Positions 50,766 to 60,565 of a DNA stretch of 64,000 nucleotides are shown in pieces. The position numbers and the translations under genes were made by a program. The stretch lies in contig CAWBJX010000003.1 of NCBI GenBank assembly GCA_963789235.1, forward strand, positions 265,257-329,256. Reading direction: 5' to 3'. The notes beneath the pieces were generated by a model. That model did not search any database. It was not told the DNA's origin and worked only from the letters and a program-made list of their open reading frames with translations. Numbering within the stretch: position 1 is the stretch's first letter; each line of letters begins with the position of its first letter. The DNA comes from an uncultured Acidimicrobiaceae bacterium (GTDB taxonomy: Bacteria; Actinomycetota; Acidimicrobiia; Acidimicrobiales; RAAP-2).

Positions 50766-51799
50766 CAGGCGCGCACCTCGGGCACGACCATCACCTTGCC
50801 GGCGATGCGGCCCCGGGCGAGGGCCTCGAGGGCCTCGCTGATGCCGTTGAGCGGGACGTCGTCGGGATCGATCAGGAGATCGGCCGGGAACCCGTCGGAG
50901 GCGAGCAGCTCGAGCGCACGTTCGAAGCCGTGCAGGTCGTAGACGAAGGACCCGGTGACGGTCAGTTCGTTGAGGATCATGCGGTTGATGTCGAAGGTGG
51001 GGTGATCGATGCCGGCGCCGACCATCACCAAGATGCCGCCGCGCGCCAGTTGCTGGAAGCCGGCCTCGACCGCCGCCCGGTGCCCGGAGCACTCCAGGAC
51101 GACGTGGACGGCGCGTGAGGACATGCGTTCGGGCTCCCACGACGCGAACGTCTCGAGGTCGGCGGGGTCCACGACGGCGGGGACACCGAGCGCCCCGGCC
51201 AGGCGGCGCCGGCCCTCGTGGGGTTCGACGACGGTGATGTCGCCGACGCCCATCGACTGCAGCGCCGCGACGCTCAGCGCGCCGATCGGCCCGGCTCCGA
51301 AGACCATGACGGTGTCGCCGGGCTGGACGCCCGAGCGGGTGATGCCGTGCAGGGCGACCGACAGCGGCTCGGCCAGGGCGGCGTGTCGCGGCGAGAGGCC
51401 CTCGGGCAGCCGCAGCGCGCCGGACGCCCGGACGACGACGTACTCGGCGAAGGCGCCGTCGTGGTGCTCGCCCGTCATGCTCTGGCGGTTCTCGCATTGG
51501 GAGGGCTTGCCCTCGCGACAGCGGCGGCAGGTGCCGCAGCGCGGGGACGCACCGCCCACGACCAACTCGCCCACCGACCAGCCGGTGACGTCACCGCCGA
51601 CGGCGGCGACGGTGCCGCTCCATTCGTGGCCGGCGACCGCCCCCGCCTTGAAGCCCCAACCGTCACGCAGCTGGTGGATGTCGGACCCGCAGATGCCGCA
51701 GGCGTGCACGCGCACGACCAGCTGGTCCGGCCCCGGCCGCGGGACCGGGCGCTCCTCGACGGTGACCGTGCCGGGCGACTGGTAGACCGCGGCCGCCAT
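50765..51799 (-). CDS. Zinc-dependent medium-chain alcohol/polyol dehydrogenase
   Basis: Motifs CGICGSDIH, GHEWSGTV, structural-zinc cluster CGTCRRCREGKPSQC, and NAD fold VMVFGAGPIG. Start placed at MAAAVYQ. The ORF track extends to 51829. Confidence 0.85.
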   Translation of the reverse strand: MAAAVYQSPGTVTVEERPVPRPGPDQLVVRVHACGICGSDIHQLRDGWGFKAGAVAGHEWSGTVAAVGGDVTGWSVGELVVGGASPRCGTCRRCREGKPSQCENRQSMTGEHHDGAFAEYVVVRASGALRLPEGLSPRHAALAEPLSVALHGITRSGVQPGDTVMVFGAGPIGALSVAALQSMGVGDITVVEPHEGRRRLAGALGVPAVVDPADLETFASWEPERMSSRAVHVVLECSGHRAAVEAGFQQLARGGILVMVGAGIDHPTFDINRMILNELTVTGSFVYDLHGFERALELLASDGFPADLLIDPDDVPLNGISEALEALARGRIAGKVMVVPEVRA

Positions 51800-51856
51800 G
51801 ACGTCCGGGAGCGAGCTCACCGCCGGCACCCCGATGACCCTGACATGGGCGTCAGG

Positions 51857-52540
51857 CTAGGCGCTGGCGAGCAACCAGGCGAGGCCCCCGGCCAGATGGC
51901 GGAGATAGGCCGGCGTCTCCCAGGCGCCGGGGAAGTGGCCCAACGCGCTGTAGAAGGTGCGGGCGCCGCCCTCCTCCGCCACGCACCAGGCGAGCGGGAA
52001 CCCGCAGTCGGGCACGCGGCCGCCGGGCACCGACAGGTCGACCTGGTCCGCGGCCAGCCGCAGCAGCACGCGCGCGTCGGGTCGCAGACCGGAGAAGAGG
52101 TAGACCTCGTCGCGCCACTGCCAGCGTTCGCCCAGGTGGCCCGTCGCGGGGTGGTCGGCGTCGACCACGTCGACGGCGAAGTCCTGGGTCCAGGGGTGGC
52201 CGTCGAAGCGGGCGCCCAACATGGTGCCGTACTCGGGCCAGGTGTGGCTGGCGTCGGTGGCCGAGTGCACGCCGAGCACGCGCAGGCCCCCGTGCTGCCA
52301 GGCCTCGTAGGCCTCGGCCTTCTGCTCGGCCGACCACGGCGTCTCCCCGATGGTGAACAGGGCGAGGACGCGGGCGGTGGCCAGCTGGCGCGGTGAGACG
52401 TCGGCGACGTCGGTGACCACGGTGGGGGAGAGGCCCGCCAGCACGGCCAGTTCGCTGAGGCCGGTGGCGGCCTGGCCCAGCACACCGTGCACGCCCGCCG
52501 GGCCGTCGCTGTAGGGAGCCACCTGGGTGACGATCATCAT
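51857..52540 (-). CDS. ThuA-domain (class I glutamine amidotransferase-like) protein
   Basis: 227 aa from ATGATG at 52540 (MMIVTQV...). ThuA-like segments ALFTIGETPW, VLGVHSATD, FYSALGHFPGAWE. Confidence 0.65.
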   Translation of the reverse strand: MMIVTQVAPYSDGPAGVHGVLGQAATGLSELAVLAGLSPTVVTDVADVSPRQLATARVLALFTIGETPWSAEQKAEAYEAWQHGGLRVLGVHSATDASHTWPEYGTMLGARFDGHPWTQDFAVDVVDADHPATGHLGERWQWRDEVYLFSGLRPDARVLLRLAADQVDLSVPGGRVPDCGFPLAWCVAEEGGARTFYSALGHFPGAWETPAYLRHLAGGLAWLLASA

Positions 52541-52602
52541 GTTGTCGGCCACGGGCGGAGTGTAGGGCTGGTGCGAGAGGGCCGCGGGTGGTCGAATGCA
52601 CC

Positions 52603-52655
52603 GGGCGGCGAACGGGCGGCGAACACAGGGCGGCGAACACAGGGCGGCGAAGACA
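52603..52655. repeat. Four direct copies of GGGCGGCGAA (spacing 11, 14, 14 bp) in a divergent intergenic region
   Basis: Copies start at 52603, 52614, 52628 and 52642. The last three form 14-bp units GGGCGGCGAA(C/G)ACA. The array ends at the AGGAGGA RBS of the RraA-like gene. Confidence 0.85.
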
Positions 52656-52667
52656 GGAGGACGCGAC

Positions 52668-53309
52668 GTGAGCGATGCGAGCACGAGGCCCGAGGAGGCG
52701 GCGGCCGCGCTGGCCGCGCTGGGCTCCGCCACCGTGGGCGAGTCGGGCGGGCGGGCGGCCCACCGCAGGCTGCGCCCGGCCTGGCCCGGTGCGGCGGTGG
52801 CGGCCCCGGTCTACCCCGTCGGGTGCACGCCGGGCGACAACCTGGCGGTGCACGTGGCCGTGACCCGGGCGCCGCGCGGGAGCGTCCTCGCCGTGGACGT
52901 GGGCCAGGTGGCCGACCGTGGCTACTGGGGCGAGGTGCTCACGACGGCGGCGGAAGCGGCCGGGTTGGCGGGTCTGGTGCTCGACGGCGGCGTCCGCGAC
53001 GTGGCCGCGCTGGCGGCGCACGGCTTCCCGGTCTTCTCCTCGACCATCGCGCTCACCGGCGCCACCAAGGACAAGCCGGGGACGGTGGGGCGTCCGGTCC
53101 GGGTCGGCGGCGTGCTGGTCGGTGCGGGGGACTGGGTGGTGGCCGACGTCGACGGCGTCACGTTCGTCCCGGGCGGCGCCCTGGCGGAGGTGCTGGGCGC
53201 CGGGCGGGGGCGCGAGGCGAAGGAGGCGGGGTTCTTCGCGGCGCTGCGGTCCGGGTCGACGACCGTGGAGCTGCTCGGGCTCGACGCGTCGCTGGTGACC
53301 GGGACGTAG
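52668..53309 (+). CDS. RraA family protein (RNase E regulator / 4-hydroxy-4-methyl-2-oxoglutarate aldolase family)
   Basis: GTG at 52668 after AGGAGGA. Conserved GYWGEVLTTAAEAAGLAGLVLDGGVRDV and GDWVVADVDGV. Confidence 0.8.
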   Translation: MSDASTRPEEAAAALAALGSATVGESGGRAAHRRLRPAWPGAAVAAPVYPVGCTPGDNLAVHVAVTRAPRGSVLAVDVGQVADRGYWGEVLTTAAEAAGLAGLVLDGGVRDVAALAAHGFPVFSSTIALTGATKDKPGTVGRPVRVGGVLVGAGDWVVADVDGVTFVPGGALAEVLGAGRGREAKEAGFFAALRSGSTTVELLGLDASLVTGT

Positions 53310-53336
53310 CCTCGTCGACCCGTCGGGGGATGGCGT

Positions 53337-53963
53337 TCAGGGGGTGAACGACAGCCCGAGGACGTGCCCGAGCTCGGCGAGCGCCTGCGCGGGGTCGTGC
53401 ACCTTGATGGTCCGCATGCCGAGGGCGCGCGCCGGCTTGAGGTTGACCCCGAGGTCGTCGAGGAACACCGACTCCTCGGGCTCCACGCCGACCGCCGCGC
53501 ACGCGAGCTCGTAGAAGCGGGGGTCGGGCTTGCGGACCCCGAGGACGCGTGATTCGACGACGGCGTCGAAGAGGGCGTACACCGCGGCCACCTCCGCGGA
53601 GACGACGCGCTCGGCGGCCGCGAAGTTGTTGGTCAGACAGGCCGTCTTGTAGGTGGCCCGGCACGTCTCGACGGCGGCGACCATCTCGGGGCGGATGTCG
53701 CCCGCGAGCCGCTCGAGCACGACCCGACCGTCGACCTCGTGGCCGAGGGCGCGCGCCTCTGCCGCCCATTGCGCCCCGAAGGCGTCGACGCCGATCTCGT
53801 TGCGCTCCAACCGTGCCCAGGCATTGTCGTCGGGGTTGGTGGCGTTGACGGTGCGGATGAAGCCGTCGGGAAGCCCGTGCTCGACCTCGAAGCGGGCGAA
53901 CGCCTCGAAGGGGCTGGTCGAGATGACGCCGCCGAAGTCGAACATGACCGCCCGTATCGCCAC
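53337..53963 (-). CDS. HAD-superfamily hydrolase (subfamily IA, epoxide-hydrolase-N-terminal-like)
   Basis: GTG at 53963 after GGAGGAG. Motif I MFDFGGVI, motif II CLTNN, motif IV FLDDLGVNL. Confidence 0.8.
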   Translation of the reverse strand: MAIRAVMFDFGGVISTSPFEAFARFEVEHGLPDGFIRTVNATNPDDNAWARLERNEIGVDAFGAQWAAEARALGHEVDGRVVLERLAGDIRPEMVAAVETCRATYKTACLTNNFAAAERVVSAEVAAVYALFDAVVESRVLGVRKPDPRFYELACAAVGVEPEESVFLDDLGVNLKPARALGMRTIKVHDPAQALAELGHVLGLSFTP

Positions 53964-54100
53964 CCGCTCCTCCCCGTGGTCCGACGCATTGGGACAGCAG
54001 AGGCGCCGGGTCCGCGGCCACTCTCGCATGCCAAGCGGCGTGGGACCAGCGGGCTCCGTCACTCGCCCCGGATGACTTGCACCGCACGCCGGTGGTCCAC

Positions 54101-54119
54101 TACCATGTCTCGCATGGTA
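54101..54119. promoter_or_regulatory. Inverted repeat TACCATG-N5-CATGGTA overlapping the padR start codon (candidate autoregulatory operator)
   Basis: Perfect 7-bp arms read directly. Its position over the ATG at 54105 of a PadR-family gene fits autoregulation, but this is untested. Confidence 0.3.
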
Positions 54120-54467
54120 GAGATGGGGGGTCGCAGGACCCAGCTCCTCCGGGGCGTGCTGGACCTGTGCCTGTTGGCGGTGATGGACGAGGGCCCCGCC
54201 TACGGCTACGAGATGACCAAGCGCCTGGGGGCGCGTGGGCTCTCCATCGTCGGTGAGGGATCGATCTATCCCCTGTTGGGCCGGCTCGAGCGCGACGGGC
54301 TGGTGGACACCCATCGGGCCGCCAGCAACGGGGGCCCGCCACGGAAGTACTACCGGCTCTCGCCCCAGGGCCAACGGGCTCTGAACTCGGGAGTCGCCGA
54401 GTGGGAGAAGACGCGGGATGCCGTCGATGCGGTTCTGGGGCTCGCGAAAGCAGAGGTGGACTCATGA
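54105..54467 (+). CDS. PadR family transcriptional regulator
   Basis: 120 aa. Winged-helix signature LLAVMDEGPAYGYEMTKRL...GSIYPLLGRLERDGLV...RKYYRLS. Confidence 0.85.
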   Translation: MSRMVEMGGRRTQLLRGVLDLCLLAVMDEGPAYGYEMTKRLGARGLSIVGEGSIYPLLGRLERDGLVDTHRAASNGGPPRKYYRLSPQGQRALNSGVAEWEKTRDAVDAVLGLAKAEVDS

Positions 54468-55030
54468 GCCAGTTCGTCGGCGACTGCCGAAAAGAGTGGA
54501 AGCGACTCGGCGTCCCCGAGCCCCTCGCCAACGAGATGGCAGCCGACCTCGAGGCCGACCTGTCCGAGGCCGCGTCCGAGGGGGTCTCACCCGAGGAGGT
54601 GCTGGGGAACGGCTACTTCGATGCCCGGTCTTTCGCCGCCTCGTGGGCCATGGCCCGGGGCGTCGGCCACCCCCGCCCCCGCGTCCGCGAGAGGGTTCGC
54701 CTCCAACCTTTGACATTGGCCGTCGGTGCCCTCGTCTTCATCGGCGTGGCGGCAGTCGGACTGGTCCTTGCCGGCCACGGTGTCGGGTCGGCGTCGGCCG
54801 CGGCCGTTTCGTTCCCGCGACCGACAGCCCGGCCGATCCCCGGAATCTTCATCGGTCCGCACGCCGTCTCCTCCCAGGGCCCGCGCGCTGACCTCGCCGC
54901 CGTGGGGTGGGTCTTCTTGGTCGTCGGCCTCGTCGGGTTGGGCGTGACGCTCTGGGTCTGGCGGCCGTGGTCGAGTCGCCGGGATGCGAGCGGTTTCGAC
55001 GAGAACGTGGGGATGCCGAGCTACCTCTGA
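54464..55030 (+). CDS. PadR-associated membrane protein (DUF1700-like arrangement)
   Basis: ATGA overlap with the padR stop. Soluble N-terminal helix region followed by two TM segments (LTLAVGALVFIGVAAVGLVLA, AAVGWVFLVVGLVGLGVTLWV). Confidence 0.6.
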   Translation: MSQFVGDCRKEWKRLGVPEPLANEMAADLEADLSEAASEGVSPEEVLGNGYFDARSFAASWAMARGVGHPRPRVRERVRLQPLTLAVGALVFIGVAAVGLVLAGHGVGSASAAAVSFPRPTARPIPGIFIGPHAVSSQGPRADLAAVGWVFLVVGLVGLGVTLWVWRPWSSRRDASGFDENVGMPSYL

Positions 55031-55121
55031 CACCGAGCTCCCTCTGCGCCGTGCCAGTCGAGCGAGGTGGCCTGGGCCTTGGTCCCGAGGCGCTGGTCGA
55101 GGTCCGGTGGCAAGATACGCC

Positions 55122-55625
55122 ATGACCGAAGAGCCCACGACAGACGCCCCAGCCGCCGAGCGCATGGAGGTGCAGCGGACGATCCCGGCCGAGGCGGGGC
55201 GGATCTTCAACCTGTTGCGGGATCCGAAGGGCCACGTCACGATCGACAGCTCCGGGATGTTGATGGGCTCCACGGGCGAACCGGCCACCAAGGTGGGCGA
55301 CCAGTTCGTCGTCCACATGGACCGTGCCGCGCTCAACGACTACCCGATGGGCCTCTACGACGTGACGGTGACGATCACGGCGTTCGAGCCCGACCGCGAG
55401 ATCGCCTGGACGATCCTGGGGCAGATCAAGCCCGCGCTCGGGCACGTCTACGGCTACACGCTCGAGCCCGTCGAGCACGGGACGCTCGTCACCTCGTACT
55501 ACGACTGGTCGGCCATCGACCCACAGTGGCGGGACGCCAACATCTTCCCGGTCATCCCCGAGTCGGCCCTGCGGGCCACCTTGGGCATCCTCGAGCGGAC
55601 CCTGGCCCACTCGACCCAATGGTGA
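55122..55625 (+). CDS. SRPBCC family protein
   Basis: 167 aa from the ATG at 55122. START-like pattern (MEVQRTIPAEAGRIFNLLRDP ... TITAFEPDREIAWT ... YTLEPVEHGTLVT). Confidence 0.7.
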   Translation: MTEEPTTDAPAAERMEVQRTIPAEAGRIFNLLRDPKGHVTIDSSGMLMGSTGEPATKVGDQFVVHMDRAALNDYPMGLYDVTVTITAFEPDREIAWTILGQIKPALGHVYGYTLEPVEHGTLVTSYYDWSAIDPQWRDANIFPVIPESALRATLGILERTLAHSTQW

Positions 55626-55655
55626 GCCGACCGGGTCGCCGCTGACCGCCGCCGG

Positions 55656-56720
55656 TCAGCAGATGCGCGGCAGCGGGTCGCCGACGAGCATGTCGACGAT
55701 GCGGGTCCCCCCCATGGCGGTCCGCAGCACCACGATGCCCGGTGGTTCGGCGTGGATGGCGCCCACCCGCACGGCCTCGGACCCCTGGGGATGGGCCCGC
55801 AGGGCGGCCAGCGCGTCGTCCGCCTGGTCGAGCGGCACCACGGCGATCAGCTTCCCCTCGTTCGCCACGTAGAGGGGGTCGATCCCCAGGAGCTCGCAGG
55901 CGGCCGCGACGGCGGGACGCACCGGCAGCAGCGCCTCGTCGAGGACCACGGTCACGTCGGCGTCGCGGGCGAGCTCGTTGCAGACCGTGCCCACGCCCCC
56001 GCGGGTCGAGTCGCGCAGCCATCGGGTGCCGGGGGCGGCGGCGAGGAGGTCCTCGACCAGCCCGTGCAGGGGGGCCGTGTCCGAGACGATGTCGGCCTCC
56101 AGCGCCAAGTCGCCGCGGGCGAGCATGACGGCCGTCCCGTGGTCGCCCATGGTGCCCGAGGCGAGCACGACGTCGCCCACCGCCACCTTGGCGGCCGCCA
56201 GCTCGCGGCCCGCCGGGATCAGGCCCACCCCGGCCGTCGTGATGTACATGCCGTCGGCCGCGCCGCGGTCCACCACCTTGGTGTCGCCCGTTACGACGGG
56301 GACGCCTGCGGCGGCGGCCGCCTCGGCCATGTCGGCCACCACCTCGCGCAGCGCGTCGATCGCCATGCCCTCCTCGAGCACGAAGGCGGCCGAGATCGCC
56401 GTCGGGCGCGCGCCCATCATGGCCAGGTCGTTGATGGTGCCGTGGACGGCCAGGTGGCCCGCCGAGCCGCCCGGGAAGCGCAAGGGCTTCACCACGTAGG
56501 AGTCGGTGCTGAAGGCGAGGCGCTCGCCCGAGGGCAGGTCCACGACGGCGGCGTCGGTCAGCGGCGCCCGCTCGTCGCCCGCGGCCGGCGCGAAGGCGGG
56601 GAGGAACACCGCGTCGAGGAGGGCCGCCGAGGCCTTGCCGCCGGCGCCGTGGGCCAGGGTGACGACCTCGTCACGCAGGCGGGGCCGCCGGCGCCGGAAG
56701 GCCTCGATACGCCCGAACAC
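55656..56720 (-). CDS. hypE: [NiFe]-hydrogenase maturation protein HypE (carbamoyl dehydratase)
   Basis: 354 aa, intact. AIR-synthase-like fold (LAHGAGGKAS) and the diagnostic C-terminal PRIC. Confidence 0.9.
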   Translation of the reverse strand: MFGRIEAFRRRRPRLRDEVVTLAHGAGGKASAALLDAVFLPAFAPAAGDERAPLTDAAVVDLPSGERLAFSTDSYVVKPLRFPGGSAGHLAVHGTINDLAMMGARPTAISAAFVLEEGMAIDALREVVADMAEAAAAAGVPVVTGDTKVVDRGAADGMYITTAGVGLIPAGRELAAAKVAVGDVVLASGTMGDHGTAVMLARGDLALEADIVSDTAPLHGLVEDLLAAAPGTRWLRDSTRGGVGTVCNELARDADVTVVLDEALLPVRPAVAAACELLGIDPLYVANEGKLIAVVPLDQADDALAALRAHPQGSEAVRVGAIHAEPPGIVVLRTAMGGTRIVDMLVGDPLPRIC

Positions 56721-56780
56721 CGCCGCCTCACGGTCGGCCGGAGCCGTGCCGTTGGCGGCGGGTCCGGCGCGCGCTCTCGG

Positions 56781-57475
56781 TCATACCGAGAGCCTCACCC
56801 CGTTGAGCGAATGGTCCGGGAGGTGGCGTTGGACGGACTCCCAGAGGGCGAGCATGAGCGCGTCCTGGGTCTCTTGGATCCGGTGGACGCTCTCGGACCG
56901 CACGACCAGGCAGTGCGAGACGGCGTCGCTCACCGCCATGCCCGACCCCTCGTAGCCGCACAGGCCCACCGTGAGGACTCCCCGCCGCGCCGCTTCCTCG
57001 AAGGCGCGCAGCATGTCCACCGAGTCGCCGCTGGTGGAGAAGCCGACCGCGATGTCGCCCGCCGCGGCGTGCGCGATGAGCTGGCGCGAGAACACCAGCT
57101 CGAAGCCGACGTCGTTGGACAGGGCGGTGAGGACGGCCTGGTCGTCCACCAGTGACAGCGCGGGCAGCGGGCGACCGTGGGGGGGATGGCGGAACAGCTC
57201 GGCGGTCCCCTGGGCGTCGGTGGCGCTGCCCCCGTTCCCGAAGGCGAAGAGGCGGCCCCCGTGCGCGAAGCGCTCCGCCATGGCGGCGCCGGCGCGCTGC
57301 CACCGCATCGGCGCAGCGCTCGAGAGTGGCCACGCGCAGCGCCGCGCTCTCCGCCATCTTGGCCCGGGCCGAGCCGCACGAGGTCCGTCACGAGGGCGCC
57401 CACGTCGCGCTCCTCGGACTCGATGAAGGGGTAGAGGAAGCCCGTGGGCTCGGGCCCGCCCGTCTCCTCAGCCAC
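56781..57475 (-). pseudogene. SIS-domain protein (GmhA/phosphoheptose-isomerase-like) within the hyp cluster, two frameshifts
   Basis: The GTG at 57475 overlaps the upstream stop by 8 nt. The reading runs [22 protein letters not shown] (ORF 56930..57475), then AKMAESAALRVATLE (ORF 56728..57357), then MAERFAHGGRLFAFGNGGSATDAQ...AVGFSTSGDS...VHRIQE (ORF 56781..57308). Confidence 0.65.
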
Positions 57476-58194
57476 GGGGAGGCGCCCCGGTCAGGCTGGT
57501 GAGCGCCACGCCGGCGTGCACCAGGACGAGGTCCCCGGGCCGCAGGTCGTCGACCAGGCGGCCGTCGACCTCCTCGGCGTGCCCGCCCGCCAGCACCTCG
57601 ATCCGCCCCTCCGCCAGGACGGAGCGGACCTCGGCCACCCGGCCCTCGTCCGAGCAGGTGACGCAGACCTCGTCGGTGCACGCGGACGGCTCGGCCAGCA
57701 GCCCCGGGTGCTCGAAGACGACGTGGGTCAGCTCCCACAACAGGTGGTAGAGGAGGACGAGGTCGCCCGAGCGCGCCGCCGGCGCCGGCGTCGGCGCCGT
57801 CGAGCCAGACGACGTGGTCGGCTCGGGGGCCGTCTGGCGCGCCCCGGGGCGGGGGCCGGCGCCCAGCCAGAGGCTGGTCAGACCCCAGGCCTCGGCCCGG
57901 GCCACCAGGTCGCGGGCCACCGGGTCGCCCGCGGTGCTCACGACCAGCAGGACGTCGCCGGGCCGGCCCAGCAGCCGCACCGACTCGGCCGCGCCGGCGC
58001 CGTCCACGCTGACCGCCGGCAGCGCGCGCTTGCCCACGATGACCGGGTGCACGAACTCCACCGCGACGTGGCGGGCGTGGGCCGGCCACTCGGGCGCGAC
58101 GCACCACATGGTGGCGCCGGCGGCGAAGCGGCGCGCCAGCGAGAGGGCGGCCGAGGCCAGGTCCTCGGCCGGGCCCGCTCGCGGTGGCGTCCAT
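57468..58194 (-). pseudogene. Fusion of a SIS-like domain with a C-terminal HypC/HupF-like segment, one frameshift near the N-terminus
   Basis: MDATASGP / [42 protein letters not shown]...LLVVSTAGD (SIS-like), then [16 protein letters not shown]...[34 protein letters not shown] (HypC/HupF-like beta-barrel pattern). Shift at about 58175. Confidence 0.55.
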
Positions 58195-58199
58195 GCCCG

Positions 58200-60565
58200 T
58201 CACGCTGCCACCCGTCCGGACGGCGGCGCGGTAGCCGGCGATCGCGGCCTGCCCCAGGGCGAGACCGCCGTCGTTGGGGGGCACCACCCGATGGGTCAGG
58301 ACCTCGAAGTCCCGTGCCGCGAGCTCACGGCACGTCAGGCCGAGCAGCAGCACGTTCTGGAAGACGCCGCCGCTGAGGGCCACGACGGGCGATGCCGGTG
58401 CGCGCCCGCTGGAGGACGGCCACGTCCGCGACGAGCCGGGCCACCGCCGCGTGGAAGCCGGCCGCCATCGCGCCGATGGCAGGCGCCGGCGCGTCCGTCG
58501 GCGACCAGCGCGCGCAGGACCGCCGAGGGGTCGATCGGGCCGCCGTCCAGTTCGAAGCGGTACGAGGGTGTCGCCTCGGCGCGCCGCAGCGCCTCCTCGG
58601 CCGCCCACTGGAGCTCCATGGCCGCCTGCGCCTCGTAGGTCGCCTCGTGGCGCAGGCCGAGGAGCGAGCTGACGGCGTCGAACAGCCGCCCCATGCTCGA
58701 GGTCGGCACGCAGCCGCTGCCGCGCTCGAGCTGGCGGGCCAGGACCGCGCGTTCGCCGGGGCCCAGCGCGGCCACCGGCGGCAGGTCCTCCCCCCACTCG
58801 ATGCCGGCCGCCCACAGGTGGGCCAGCGCGGCGCGGCAGGGTCGCCGGATGGCCGGCGTCGCCACCGGGCAGCGGCACCGGCCGCAGGTGCCCCACCCGC
58901 GTCGAAGTCGTCGTAGCCGGCGACCAGCACCTCGCCGCCCCAGATGGTGCCGTCCGCGCCGAAGCCCGTGCCGTCGAAGGCCAGGCCGATGACGCGCCGG
59001 TCCGCCGGGACGCCGTGCTCCGCCATGACCGACGCGATGTGGGCGTGGTGGTGGGACACCTCCGCCACCGGTCCCGGTGCCGCCTCGTCGGCCCACCGCC
59101 GCGTCTGGTAACCCGGATGGGCGTCGGCCGCCACCTGCGTGGCCGCGATGCCGTAGAGGCCGGCGAGCTGCCGGGTGGAGCGCTCGAAGGCCGCCCACGT
59201 CTCCAGGCTGCCCATGTCGCCGATGTGCTGGCTCATGAAGGCGTCGTGGCCCGAGGCGAGGCAGAACGTGTTCTTGAGCTCGCCGCCGACGGCGAGCGTC
59301 GGTTCGGCCGCGAAGGGCAGCCGGACGGGGAGGGGGGCGTACCCCCGTGAGCGCCGGAGCGGGAGCACGTGCCCGGTGCCGGGGTCCACCTCGAGCACGG
59401 AGTCGTCGCAGGGCACGTGGATGGGTCGATCGTGGAGCAGCCAGGCGTCGGCGATCCCGCCGAGCCGGCGCCGCGCGTCGGCGTCGTCGAAGCAGATGGG
59501 CTCGTCGGTGAGGTTGCCGCTCGTCATGACCAGCGCCGCCGGCACGCGCGCACCGGGGCCCGCGCCGGGCACCGGTGCGAAGAGGAGGTGGTGCAGCGGG
59601 GTGTAGGGCAGGAGCACGCCGAGCCGGGGGTTGCCCGGAGCCACCAGGGCGGAGACGGCGGCACCCTCCCGCCGGCGCAGCGAGGACGATCGGGCGCTGC
59701 GGCCGAGGCGAGGAGGTCCGCCTCGGCCCGGTCGACGTGGGCCAGGGCGGCGGCCGCCTCGAGGTCGCGCACCATGACGGCGAACGGCTTGTCGAGGCGG
59801 TGCTTGCGGTCGCGCAGCCGTTGGACGGCCGGGCTCGGAGGCGGCGTCGCAGGCGAGGTGGTAGCCGCCGAGGCCCTTGACGGCGACGACCTCGCCCGCG
59901 GGCCAGTGCGGCCTGGGCGGCGCCGAGCGCGGCGTCGGTGCCCTCCACCGCGCCCGCCGGGCCGGTGCGCTCGAACCACAGGCGCGGTCCGCAGTCGGGG
60001 CAGGCCACGGGCTGGGCGTGGAAGCGCCGGTCGGCCGGGTCGTGGTACTCCGACGCGCAGGCCTCGCACAGGGCGAAGTCCGCCATAGTCGTGTTGCGGC
60101 CGGTCGTAGGGCAGGGACACCGTGATGGTGAAGCGGGGCCCGCAGTTGGTGCAGTTGACGAACGGGTAGCGGAACCGCCGGTCGGCGGGGTCGAGGAGCT
60201 CGGCCAGGCAGTCGGCACAGGTCGCGATGTCGGGCGACACGAACGTGCGGCACCGCCCCCTGGGCGTGGCTCTCGACGATCACGAAGCCGGCGTCGCCCG
60301 TCGGCGCGATGTGCTCGTCCACCACGCCGGTGACCCGGGCCGGGCCCGGGGCATCGGTGACCAGACGGGCCGTGAACTCGTCGACGACCGGGCCGGGCCC
60401 CTCGATCTCGATGAAGACGCCGGCGGTGTCGTTGCCGACGTGCCCGGCCAGACCGAGCTCGGAGGCCAGGCGGTGCACGTAGGGCCGGAACCCCACGCCC
60501 TGGACGAGGCCGGTCACGCGGAGGCGGAGGCGTTCGGGTGTCGCCGGCGCAGCCAGGCCGGTCAT
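58200..60565 (-). pseudogene. hypF: [NiFe]-hydrogenase maturation carbamoyltransferase HypF, at least seven frameshifts
   Basis: ATG at 60565 overlaps the hypD stop (ATGA). All HypF modules are present but scattered over three frames: acylphosphatase ([15 protein letters not shown]), two Zn fingers ([31 protein letters not shown]; [29 protein letters not shown]), YrdC-like ([16 protein letters not shown]) and Kae1-like ([25 protein letters not shown]). Confidence 0.85.

Noticed and set aside
55752-57155. 467-aa plus-strand ORF
   Set aside because: It is antisense to hypE and the SIS gene. No recognisable motifs.
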